This document shows positions 1-8,302 of a DNA stretch of 32,000 nt, one piece after another; the first letter of the stretch is position 1, and each line of letters opens with the position of its first letter. The stretch comes from Psychrobacter sp. HD31 (lineage in GTDB: Bacteria > Pseudomonadota > Gammaproteobacteria > Pseudomonadales > Moraxellaceae), in contig NZ_CP142525.1 of NCBI RefSeq assembly GCF_051097895.1, positions 990,001 to 1,022,000 of the forward strand, in the 5' to 3' direction. The notes under the pieces are model-generated. The model saw only the letters and a list, made by a program, of their open reading frames with translations. It had not been told where the DNA came from and did no database searches. Both the position numbers and the translations under genes were made by a program.

Positions 1-722
1 TCATCTAACCAGCCTTCACGCACGCCAACGGCAACGGCAGCACATGCCCCTGTACCACAAGCTTGCGTTTCACCTACCCCACGCTCATAAACTCTTAAAC
101 GGATATGACGTTGGTTCATGACTTGCACAAAACCTACATTCACATTTTCAGGGAAGGCTTCGTGCGATTCAATCGCTTTACCCAACTCTTCTACATCGGC
201 TTCTAAAATGTCATCTACTTTAATTACCGCATGTGGGTTACCCATATTTGCAACATAAAGACGTACTGGTTTACCATTGACATCTAAATTATAAGCATTT
301 TGGATTTTAGTAATCGCCTTAGGTGCAAACGGTATTTCTTCTGGTTCAAATTTTGGTTTGCCCATATCTGCCTGCACCCATCCATACTGGTCTGTGCTTA
401 AGCTAATCACTCCACCAGCTGTTTCTACATTTAGGCGTTGTTTAAAAGTCAGTTTACGTGCCTGTACAAACCTGGCAAAGCATCTTGCACCATTTCCACA
501 TTGCTCCACTTCGCCACCATTGGCATTATAAATACGGTATCTAAAATCTACATCCGGTCTGCTTGGTGGCTCTACCACTAACAATTGGTCAAACCCTACA
601 CCCAAATTACGATCGGCTAGCAATTTTATTAATTCTGGTGTTAAATCTAATCGCTGAGTAACCAGGTCAATCACCATAAAGTCATTGCCCAGTCCGTGCA
701 TTTTAGTAAATTCTATTAACAT
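1..722 (-). CDS. dapF: diaminopimelate epimerase (C-terminal end cut by the window edge; about 240 N-terminal codons present)
   Basis: Absent from the ORF track because it runs off the window. The reverse complement from CAT at 720-722 reads [86 protein letters not shown]... This is the DapF N-terminus with the catalytic-Cys motif QCGNGARC. An AAGGGA Shine-Dalgarno lies 5 nt upstream. It sits in the classic lptM-lysA-dapF neighbourhood. Confidence 0.92.
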   Translation of the reverse strand, partial: MLIEFTKMHGLGNDFMVIDLVTQRLDLTPELIKLLADRNLGVGFDQLLVVEPPSRPDVDFRYRIYNANGGEVEQCGNGARCFARFVQARKLTFKQRLNVETAGGVISLSTDQYGWVQADMGKPKFEPEEIPFAPKAITKIQNAYNLDVNGKPVRLYVANMGNPHAVIKVDDILEADVEELGKAIESHEAFPENVNVGFVQVMNQRHIRLRVYERGVGETQACGTGACAAVAVGVREGWLD

Positions 723-814
723 GGTTGTCCCTTATAATCTTTGTTTATAGTGCTATCTTATCATGCTATTGTGCTTAATGATAACCTGATGTCAAATAGT
801 TTGAGGCAGTTGAT

Positions 815-850
815 AAAAAACCTCATTTAACTATTGCCAAATGAGGTTTT
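815..850 (-). terminator. intrinsic terminator after lysA (hairpin usable in both orientations)
   Basis: 12-bp perfect stem AAAACCTCATTT (817-828) / AAATGAGGTTTT (839-850) with a 10-nt loop. On the minus strand it is followed by a U-run (plus-strand A-run 815-820). It lies 30 nt downstream of the lysA stop. Confidence 0.8.
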
Positions 851-880
851 ATTTAAATTCGGACGATTAAATTTGCAGAC

Positions 881-2224
881 TTACCAGACAACTTCGTTCG
901 CAAAAAGCTGTTCAATACATTCACGCTTACGCACAACTTTATGTTCACTACCTTGAATCATAACCTCAGCAGCGCGTGTGCGGGTATTATAGTTGCTACT
1001 CATAGTAAAGCCATAGGCACCGGCACCCGTCATTGCCAGTACATCACCTTTTTGCAAGTTAAGTAGGCGGTTTTTAGCTAAAAAGTCACCCGTCTCACAC
1101 ACAGCACCAACGATATCCCAACTTTTGTTTGCTACAGCGTTCTCTTCACTTAGCGTAGCTGGGTTTAATTTGGTTGGAATCATTGCCATTTCTGCCTGAT
1201 ACAGTGCTGGGCGGATTAAATCGTTCATAGCCGCATCTACAATAGCAAAGTTTTTATGCTCACTCGGTTTTAGTACATCCACTTTGGTTAACAAAACACC
1301 AGCATTTGCAACAATACTACGCCCAGGCTCTAGCATCAGCTGTAAACCCAACTGTTTAACTTTTGGCACAATCAGCGCAATAAGCTCGGCAATCGAGTCT
1401 ACTTGCTCATCAATGTATTGCACACCCAAACCACCACCAAGGTCTATGTGTTTAAGTGTGATACCGTTTTGAGTTAACTCATCAATTAACTCAATCAGTT
1501 TGTCTAAAGCGGCAACAAATGGCTCAGTTTGGGTCAGTTGTGAACCAATATGGCAGTCTATACCAACAATGTTAAGATGGCTAAGCTGCTGAGCCGTCTT
1601 ATAGGTGTCGACCGCTTGTTCATGCGTAATACCAAACTTATTGTCTTTAAGCCCAGTCGAGATATAAGGGTGTGTTTTTGCATCCACATTAGGATTAACA
1701 CGTAAAGAGATATTTGCCAGTTTATCAAGCTTTTTGGCAACGTCATTAATGGTACTCAGCTCGGCAACCGATTCAACATTAAAGCAACCAACGCCTTTTT
1801 CTAAAGCATATTCAATATCCTGATTGGTTTTGCCTACCCCAGAATAAACCACTTTTTTAGCATCGCCTCCAGCTGCCAAAACTCTTGCTAACTCTCCAAT
1901 TGAAACAATATCAAACCCAGCACCCTCTTTAGCTAAGGTGCTCAGCACGGCAAGGTTTGAGTTGGCTTTTACCGCATAACAAACTTGATGGTCAACCTCT
2001 GCCAACGCTTTGGTATATTGGCGATAGGCATCTACCATTGCAGAACGAGAATATACATAGCAAGGCGTACCATATTGTGTTGCAATATCTTTTACAGCCA
2101 CTTGCTCGATATACAACTCACCATTGTGATAGTCAATTTGTGGTAAACAGTTGGTTAAAGCTTTTGGGTTGATGTGCATTGCGACATCGCCATCATTTTG
2201 TATTAACGTTTTGATTTGGGTCAT
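881..2224 (-). CDS. lysA: diaminopimelate decarboxylase
   Basis: PLP-dependent Orn/DAP decarboxylase motifs are present: CYAVKANSN (PLP Lys), HIDLGGGLG, LEPGRSIVANAG, VCETGDFLA. The ORF-track start at 2239 is a TTG directly abutting the lptM stop. The first ATG (MTQIKTL, 2224) is more plausible, and ATG 2179 (MHINPK) is also possible. Confidence 0.95.
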   Translation of the reverse strand: MTQIKTLIQNDGDVAMHINPKALTNCLPQIDYHNGELYIEQVAVKDIATQYGTPCYVYSRSAMVDAYRQYTKALAEVDHQVCYAVKANSNLAVLSTLAKEGAGFDIVSIGELARVLAAGGDAKKVVYSGVGKTNQDIEYALEKGVGCFNVESVAELSTINDVAKKLDKLANISLRVNPNVDAKTHPYISTGLKDNKFGITHEQAVDTYKTAQQLSHLNIVGIDCHIGSQLTQTEPFVAALDKLIELIDELTQNGITLKHIDLGGGLGVQYIDEQVDSIAELIALIVPKVKQLGLQLMLEPGRSIVANAGVLLTKVDVLKPSEHKNFAIVDAAMNDLIRPALYQAEMAMIPTKLNPATLSEENAVANKSWDIVGAVCETGDFLAKNRLLNLQKGDVLAMTGAGAYGFTMSSNYNTRTRAAEVMIQGSEHKVVRKRECIEQLFANEVVW

Positions 2225-2239
2225 AAAAATCTCTGACAA

Positions 2240-2452
2240 TTAAAAATCATTTGGGTTGTTTTGCATATCTTCAATGCGTTTTTTAATTTCTGGCACTAAA
2301 AAGTCATCTTTTTCATGCCCAGCTTGGCTACCGTTAGTGGTTTTGTCAATGGTCTGATTGGTATTAGGTAAATACAAGTCGCCTTTTTGCCCACAGGCAC
2401 TTAACATGAACACACACGCCACCGAACAAACCAACACTTTAATATTCATCAT
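2240..2452 (-). CDS. lptM: small lipoprotein of the LptM/YifL (LppL) type
   Basis: Signal peptide plus lipobox LSAC, followed by CGQKGDLYLP. This matches the CG-KG-LY-P signature of YifL/LptM. Its position immediately upstream of lysA-dapF is the same as in Pseudomonas lppL-lysA-dapF. Confidence 0.72.
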   Translation of the reverse strand: MMNIKVLVCSVACVFMLSACGQKGDLYLPNTNQTIDKTTNGSQAGHEKDDFLVPEIKKRIEDMQNNPNDF

Positions 2453-2717
2453 TTTATATCCAGCCTAAGCCAATTTATTAACATTTAAAGCATATCTTAA
2501 AACACATGAAAGTTTTAAATCTATATCTTTATATAAATTTAAGTTAAATAGGTTTGCCATTGTAACCCAAACCCAAAAAATTGGCATCAATAAATATTAG
2601 CTAGCAAACTTTTAGCAATTGATACGACCCCATTAAGCCAGAAAGATATCAAAAAAATACGTTAGCATTTTTACAACTGTTACAAAGTGTTTTTTTATTA
2701 AAAAAACCACTAAAACA

Positions 2718-2738
2718 TGATAAAATAGCAGCTATAAT
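2718..2738 (+). promoter_or_regulatory. candidate sigma70 -10 elements for the ackA-pta leader
   Basis: Extended -10 TGATAAAAT (2718-2726) and a perfect TATAAT (2733-2738). The -35 matches are weak. Confidence 0.4.
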
Positions 2739-2751
2739 TATTTACAGATGG

Positions 2752-2794
2752 AAAGGGTTTGTGCGCAATACGTACAGACCCTTTTTGTTTTTTT
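2752..2794 (+). terminator. intrinsic-terminator-like hairpin plus T-tract inside the ackA 5' leader
   Basis: 11-bp stem AAAGGGTTTGT (2752-2762) / ACAGACCCTTT (2774-2784) with one G-U pair, followed by TTTTGTTTTTTT running to 2794. It ends 38 nt upstream of the ackA ATG, and there is no upstream + strand gene. Confidence 0.55.
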
Positions 2795-2832
2795 CATGCA
2801 AAAAATAATAGCCTTTTTAAAAGGGAGCAAAT

Positions 2833-4038
2833 ATGCCTTTAACCAACCCAACTTTAGTTTTAAACTGTGGATCTTCATCACTTAAATATGCATTAATTAG
2901 TGAAGATAACAGCACTCGTATTGAAGGCCTAGCAGAAGGACTAGGTTTAGAAACTGCAAAAATTAAACACAAAAATGAAGCAGGCGAAAAACAAACGATT
3001 GATTTACCAAATGCCGACCACAAACAAGCGTTGACTAAAGTATTAAGTCTACTTGAAGAACATAAGCCTGTTGCTGTTGGTCACCGTACTGTCCATGGCG
3101 GTAGCGAGTTTTCTAAAGCACAGCAAGTTACGCCAGAAGTGTTAGCAGCCATTAAAGAACTATCAGCACTAGCACCACTACACAACCCTGCCAATGTATT
3201 GGGTATTGAGGCCGTAGCGGAAGTATATCCAGACCTACCCCAAGTGGTGGTGTTTGATACCGCATTTCATCAAACCATGCCAGAAGTTGCCTTCCGCTAT
3301 GCAATCCCTAAAAACTTGTATGAAGAAGATAAAATACGCCGTTATGGCTTTCATGGCACATCACATGCTTATGTATCTGACCGTGCAAGCAAGTTAAGCA
3401 CAGCACAAGGTAATACCAGCACCAAAGGTTGGATTACTGCCCACTTAGGCAATGGTTGCTCTGCAACTAGCGTTTATGATGGCAAAAGCATGGACTCAAG
3501 CATGGGGTTAACACCACTTGAAGGCTTAATGATGGGAACACGCAGCGGCGATGTTGACCCAAGCTTACATGCCCACCTAAACCGTACCAAAGGTTGGAGC
3601 ATAGAAGAGATTGACACCATGCTTAACAAAAAAAGTGGCTTTTTAGGGGTGTCAGGTGTTTCGAGTGACATGCGTGCCATTGAAGAAGCTGCCGCAGATG
3701 ACAACCACCCATCACAAGCAGATGCAAAACTGGCACTGGACATGTTTTGTTACCGAATTGCTAAATACATTGCCAGCCTAAGCTGTGCCTTACCAGAATT
3801 TACTGGCATTGTATTTACTGGCGGTATTGGCGAAAATGGTGCAGAAGCACGTGAACAAATCATCAACCAATTGCGCCACTTTGGCATTAGCATGAACGCT
3901 GAAGCAAATGCCAAACTTATCCGTGGTGAAGAAGGCAGCTTCCACAATGCTGAGAGCAAGCTTGAGCTATGGGTTGTGCCAACCGATGAAGAGTATCGCA
4001 TTGCTCAAGAAACCACCGAAGTTTTGGCTAAAAAATAA
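2833..4038 (+). CDS. ackA: acetate kinase
   Basis: Motifs LVLNCGSSSLKY, GHRTVHGG, FDTAFHQTMP, YGFHGTSH, HLGNGCS, VFTGGIGEN. An AAGGGAG SD is present. pta follows 34 nt downstream. Confidence 0.97.
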   Translation: MPLTNPTLVLNCGSSSLKYALISEDNSTRIEGLAEGLGLETAKIKHKNEAGEKQTIDLPNADHKQALTKVLSLLEEHKPVAVGHRTVHGGSEFSKAQQVTPEVLAAIKELSALAPLHNPANVLGIEAVAEVYPDLPQVVVFDTAFHQTMPEVAFRYAIPKNLYEEDKIRRYGFHGTSHAYVSDRASKLSTAQGNTSTKGWITAHLGNGCSATSVYDGKSMDSSMGLTPLEGLMMGTRSGDVDPSLHAHLNRTKGWSIEEIDTMLNKKSGFLGVSGVSSDMRAIEEAAADDNHPSQADAKLALDMFCYRIAKYIASLSCALPEFTGIVFTGGIGENGAEAREQIINQLRHFGISMNAEANAKLIRGEEGSFHNAESKLELWVVPTDEEYRIAQETTEVLAKK

Positions 4039-4072
4039 ATCTAACAACAAATAAAATCAATAGGAAAATAAA

Positions 4073-6226
4073 ATGCGTACTATTTTACTCGTTCCAACCG
4101 AAAAAGGCATCGGGCTAACCTCTGCGAGCCTCGGCTTAATAAAAGCGTTAGATTATGCAGGATTAAAAGCTGGTTTTATTAAACCATTTTTGCAATCTGA
4201 CCGCTCGATAACCGACAACAAAAAAGCGGCACACAGCCGCACTGGTATTTTAGCAAAACAAGTATTTAATATCGTTTCACCAAAATCAATTAGCCGCCAG
4301 CGTGTTGAACGCATGATTGGCGATGATAACCTAGATGACTTGATGGAAGAGGTGGTTGCAAATCACCAAACTCTAACCGATATGCACGACGTTATTGTTT
4401 GTGAAGGGCTGGTTGCAACAGCAGAAACCCCATACGCAACTCAAGTAAACCAAGCACTTGCCTATGCACTAGATGCTCAAATTATTCTTGTTAGTACGGC
4501 AGATTTAGAAGATCCAGAAGCTTTGGCAGACAAACTGGATGTAACCACAAACGAGTTTGGTGGCGTATCAGATGAACGGACATTAGGCACAATTTTAATG
4601 CGTGTACAAAATGTAGAAAACACATTTGCTAATCAGCCCGTTGCCCCTGGCAAAGCCAATTTAACGCTAACCGATGACTTTATTAACTCTGTTAAAAAGT
4701 CATCACCGGCATTTGAAACAGATAAGTTTCATTTAATTGGCGTGGTACCTCACAGTGATACCCTATCTATCCCTCGTACTTGGGATATTGGTCAGGCACT
4801 TGGCGCAACTTGGATTAACGAAGGCGATGCTAAAAACCGCCGTGTTAAAAACACCTTGTTAACCGCTCAAACCGTCTCTAACATTAGCCACGTATTTAGC
4901 CCTGGTTCTTTATTAGTAACGCCTGGCGACAGAGATGATATCTTAATTGCAACGGCATTGGCATCGATGAATGGTGTGCCAATGGCTGGCATCATTTTAA
5001 CTGGGGGTATTACCCCAAGCGACACAGTATTTGAGCTTTGCCGACCTGCCAAAAAAACGGGAATGCCCGTCATGCAGGTAGAAACCGATAGCTACCAAAC
5101 GGTTCAAAACCTTAGCGATATCAACAAAGAAGTTCCAAGTGATGACACTGCTCGTGCAGAAGAAGTCTCTCGTTTTGTTGCAGCACATCTAGACTTAGAT
5201 TGGATTAAAGAACACTTTAGCAAAGGGCACAGCCCTCGCCTATCGCCTTCTGCTTTCCGTCATCAAGTGGTGAAAAAGGCACAAGCTAAAAAAATGCGTA
5301 TCGTATTGCCAGAAGGCGATGAACCACGCACTATTGAAGCAGCAAGCATTTGCCAAAGCCGAGGAATTGCTGACTGCATCTTACTTGCAAAACGTGACGA
5401 TGTGGAAGAAGTGGCAAAACAACGTGGTATCAAACTGCCAGACGATATTCAAATTATCGATCCAACGAGCATCGCTGCCGACTACATTGATGGCATGGTA
5501 GCACGACGTAAAGGCAAACTGGATGCTAACGGTGCCGCAGCACAGTTAAAAGACAGTGTGGTTGTTGGTACAATGATGTTGTATCAAGGTGAAGTTGACG
5601 GCTTGGTTTCTGGTGCGGTGCATACAACTGCAAACACGGTTCGTCCTGCATTTCAGTTGATTAAAACCTCACCAGATTATTCATTGGTTTCGTCTATCTT
5701 CTTTATGCTATTGCCAGAGCAAGTTGTCGTTTATGGTGACTGTGCTATTAACCCAGACCCAAATGCAGAAGAACTTGCCGAAATTGCCATCCAATCAGCA
5801 GCATCAGCAAAAGCTTTTGGTATTGAACCAAAAGTTGCTATGATTAGTTACTCTACTGGTACCTCAGGCAGTGGTGCAGATGTGGATAAAGTTGCCAAAG
5901 CGACTGAAATTGTCAAACAACGCGCGCCTAACTTATTGGTAGATGGTCCACTACAGTATGATGCCGCATCAGTTAAGAGCGTTGGCGCCAAAAAAGCACC
6001 TAACTCACCTGTTGCAGGGCAAGCAAACGTGTTTATCTTCCCTGACTTAAACACTGGTAACACAACTTATAAAGCAGTTCAACGTAGTGCCAATGTTGTG
6101 AGTGTAGGACCAATGCTGCAAGGCTTAAACAAACCTGTGAATGATTTGTCACGTGGTGCTTTGGTAGATGACATTGTTTATACCATTGCGCTAACGGCGA
6201 TTCAGGCAAACAGTGATGAGCTTTAA
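4073..6226 (+). CDS. pta: phosphate acetyltransferase (long form with N-terminal DRTGG/AAA-like domain)
   Basis: 717 aa. The C-terminal PTA_PTB domain shows SGAVHTTANTVRPA, VYGDCAINPDP, FPDLNTGNTTYK. The ackA-pta operon arrangement supports the call. Confidence 0.97.
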   Translation: MRTILLVPTEKGIGLTSASLGLIKALDYAGLKAGFIKPFLQSDRSITDNKKAAHSRTGILAKQVFNIVSPKSISRQRVERMIGDDNLDDLMEEVVANHQTLTDMHDVIVCEGLVATAETPYATQVNQALAYALDAQIILVSTADLEDPEALADKLDVTTNEFGGVSDERTLGTILMRVQNVENTFANQPVAPGKANLTLTDDFINSVKKSSPAFETDKFHLIGVVPHSDTLSIPRTWDIGQALGATWINEGDAKNRRVKNTLLTAQTVSNISHVFSPGSLLVTPGDRDDILIATALASMNGVPMAGIILTGGITPSDTVFELCRPAKKTGMPVMQVETDSYQTVQNLSDINKEVPSDDTARAEEVSRFVAAHLDLDWIKEHFSKGHSPRLSPSAFRHQVVKKAQAKKMRIVLPEGDEPRTIEAASICQSRGIADCILLAKRDDVEEVAKQRGIKLPDDIQIIDPTSIAADYIDGMVARRKGKLDANGAAAQLKDSVVVGTMMLYQGEVDGLVSGAVHTTANTVRPAFQLIKTSPDYSLVSSIFFMLLPEQVVVYGDCAINPDPNAEELAEIAIQSAASAKAFGIEPKVAMISYSTGTSGSGADVDKVAKATEIVKQRAPNLLVDGPLQYDAASVKSVGAKKAPNSPVAGQANVFIFPDLNTGNTTYKAVQRSANVVSVGPMLQGLNKPVNDLSRGALVDDIVYTIALTAIQANSDEL

Positions 6227-6424
6227 TTTTTTATAAAAGCTTAACGCCATCATCTTATTTGCATGGCAACCATTTGATAAGCTCAAGGTAAACAAAAAAT
6301 AAACTTTGTTTGCCCTGGGCTGTCAACCTGACACTTTTATCTCTCATCAAACATGCCTATTTAGCAGATAAGCCTTTATATGCTAAAATGAGCAACACAT
6401 AAAAAATATCGAGAACTCACACTT

Positions 6425-6802
6425 ATGACCAACCCAACTGACCGTATTCAGGCTTGCCTAAACCTTGTGCAAGAGTCTTTAGAAGATGTAAAAGCAAAAA
6501 ACATTACCGTAATAGATGTTGCAAAACTAACAGAAGTTACCGAATACATGGTGATTGCAGATGCCACTTCTATCCGCCATGTAAAGGCACTGAGTGACCA
6601 TGTGGCTGTTGAAGCAAAAAAAGCAGGTTTCAGCCCATTAAACCGTAAAGGTGAAAAAGGTAACGACTGGCTTTTGGTTGATTTAGGGTCGGTTGTGGTC
6701 CATGTTATGACCCCTGCCGCACGTGAGTTTTATGATTTAGAGGGTTTATGGTCATCACCTGATGAACTGGCTAAACTAACCCAACCAGTACGTGAAAGAT
6801 AA
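6425..6802 (+). CDS. rsfS: ribosome silencing factor RsfS (Iojap family)
   Basis: 125 aa. Typical RsfS pattern: ITVIDV...TEYMVIADATSIRHVKALSDHV...DWLLVDLGSVVVHVM...REFYDLEGLW. Confidence 0.9.
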   Translation: MTNPTDRIQACLNLVQESLEDVKAKNITVIDVAKLTEVTEYMVIADATSIRHVKALSDHVAVEAKKAGFSPLNRKGEKGNDWLLVDLGSVVVHVMTPAAREFYDLEGLWSSPDELAKLTQPVRER

Positions 6803-6845
6803 GCTAAAAGACAAACCGTTTGGTGTTAAAAAATTTACGCTAATT

Positions 6846-6880
6846 AAAAAAGACTGGCTTATTACAAACCAGTCTTTTTT
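6846..6880. terminator. bidirectional intrinsic terminator between convergent rsfS and the Nudix gene
   Basis: 12-bp stem AAAAAAGACTGG (6846-6857) / CCAGTCTTTTTT (6869-6880) with an 11-nt loop. The A/T runs supply a U-tail in both orientations. Confidence 0.85.
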
Positions 6881-6893
6881 ATTACCAATGCCA

Positions 6894-7640
6894 CTAATCC
6901 ACCAGCTTATAATACCAATCAAGCTGCCTGTCAAAACCAATGTCTAACATGCTAGCAATAATCCGCCCAGTTAATCCCCAAACGGTTTCTCCCGCTACTT
7001 GCCAGCTTGGTGTTAAAAAAGTGGTTGGTTTACCATTAAATATCGTTTCAACCCTATATTCTTGCGTATGAGCATCAATCAGCCAATTTAAATCCGCCCA
7101 AAATATTTTGGCGATCTCTCCCACTTCTGGCACTAATTTTTGGTTTGGCTCAACAATAGCCACAATGGGTTTAACCGATAGCCCTGCTTTGGAGCGTCTG
7201 CTTGGCAATTGCCCGACAATATATGCCTTATTTGGGTCAAGCAAGGTTTCTTCATAACTTTCTCGCAGTGCCGTAATCACATTATTACCATCTTCGTCTT
7301 CATACTTACCACCAGCCAAGGCAACCTCGCCTGCATGTGCTTTAATGTGGCTAGCTCGCCTTGTTAACATTAATTTGGGGTGTGGCTCATTTGTAATGGC
7401 AAGCAAAACCGAAGCATTATGGATTTGCTCATGATTCAATTGATGACATAACGCCTGCTCTGAGTCTATGCCCACTTGCAATCGGCTCATCAGCTGTTTT
7501 AACAAAACACTTTTAATAACTGGCTTTGATGGCTTTGGTAAATTTGCGCTTTCGTCTATTGCCCCTGCCATCAACGTCTTATACTGATTTTTTGGCAAGG
7601 TTTGATAAAAGTCCTTCTCGTGCTGATTGTTGTTAATCAT
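6894..7640 (-). CDS. Nudix hydrolase, CoA pyrophosphatase type (NudL-like)
   Basis: Nudix box GGKYEDEDGNNVITALRESYEETLL. It is preceded by MLTRRASHIKAHAGEVALAGG, a close match to the CoA-Nudix signature (LTxR[SA]x3[RK]x3Gx3FPGG, here FP is LA). Confidence 0.78.
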   Translation of the reverse strand: MINNNQHEKDFYQTLPKNQYKTLMAGAIDESANLPKPSKPVIKSVLLKQLMSRLQVGIDSEQALCHQLNHEQIHNASVLLAITNEPHPKLMLTRRASHIKAHAGEVALAGGKYEDEDGNNVITALRESYEETLLDPNKAYIVGQLPSRRSKAGLSVKPIVAIVEPNQKLVPEVGEIAKIFWADLNWLIDAHTQEYRVETIFNGKPTTFLTPSWQVAGETVWGLTGRIIASMLDIGFDRQLDWYYKLVD

Positions 7641-7710
7641 GGTTTAAACCTTTTAGTTATTATTCAATCACTATAAAAAAAACCACCCTATTATTCAATA
7701 ACTATTCAGG

Positions 7711-7716
7711 TATAAT
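7711..7716 (+). promoter_or_regulatory. candidate -10 box (TATAAT) for the Nudix-photolyase operon
   Basis: A perfect TATAAT overlaps the ORF-track ATG at 7715. The downstream ATG at 7742 has a GAGGAAA SD 6 nt upstream. The -35 is weak. Confidence 0.4.
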
Positions 7717-7741
7717 GAGTCATGAACTTGAGGAAAGACAA

Positions 7742-8296
7742 ATGACGTTTTGCTTAAAGTGTGGCAATAAAGCGGCACTAAAAATACCCGAAGGTGATAA
7801 CCGAAAACGGATTGTTTGCGACCACTGTGGCTACATCCATTACCAAAACCCCAACATTATTTGTGGTGCGGTTGTTGTGCATGAAGATAAAGTTTTGCTT
7901 TGTAAAAGAGCAATCGAACCACAATACGGATTATGGACCATTCCTGCCGGTTTTATGGAAATTGGAGAAACCGTTGAGCAAGGTGCAAAAAGAGAAACCT
8001 TAGAAGAAGCCGAAGCCACCGCCACCAACTTAAAACTGTACTGTATTTATGACATCCCCATCATTGGGCAAGTCTATATGTTATATCTGGCAAATTTACA
8101 AGATGGCAATTTTGGTGCAGGTTCTGAAAGCTTAGAATGCCAACTTTTTACAGAAGATGAAATACCTTGGGATGAGATGGCTTTTGACTCTAGCATCCGT
8201 TCCTTACGTCACTACTTTGCCGATCGTCAAACTTACTCAAACTTTGTTGATTTTCCGTTACATCACGAGACAATCAGTACAGATTTTATAAAATAG
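7742..8296 (+). CDS. Nudix hydrolase with N-terminal CxxC...CxxC zinc ribbon
   Basis: Zinc ribbon CLKCGN...CDHCGY followed by Nudix box GFMEIGETVEQGAKRETLEEAEA. The start is moved to 7742 (MTFCLKCG) because of its SD. The ORF-track ATG at 7715 lies inside the putative -10. Confidence 0.8.
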   Translation: MTFCLKCGNKAALKIPEGDNRKRIVCDHCGYIHYQNPNIICGAVVVHEDKVLLCKRAIEPQYGLWTIPAGFMEIGETVEQGAKRETLEEAEATATNLKLYCIYDIPIIGQVYMLYLANLQDGNFGAGSESLECQLFTEDEIPWDEMAFDSSIRSLRHYFADRQTYSNFVDFPLHHETISTDFIK

Positions 8297-8302
8297 AGCG
8301 CC

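Noticed and set aside
881-2239. ORF-track N-terminal extensions taken at face value: lysA TTG at 2239, ilvH at 16432, gmk at 23595, the Nudix gene at 7715 and the membrane protein at 27750.
   Set aside because: These are simply the first in-frame start-like codons after an upstream stop. Downstream ATGs match homologue N-termini better (ilvH, gmk), have an SD (Nudix 7742), or avoid overlap with the upstream gene (ilvH, lysA).
6287-6314. 10-bp hairpin GGTAAACAAA / TTTGTTTGCC downstream of pta, considered as the pta terminator.
   Set aside because: No U-tract follows on either strand (CTGGGCTG follows on the + strand). It may stabilise the 3' end, but I cannot support calling it an intrinsic terminator.
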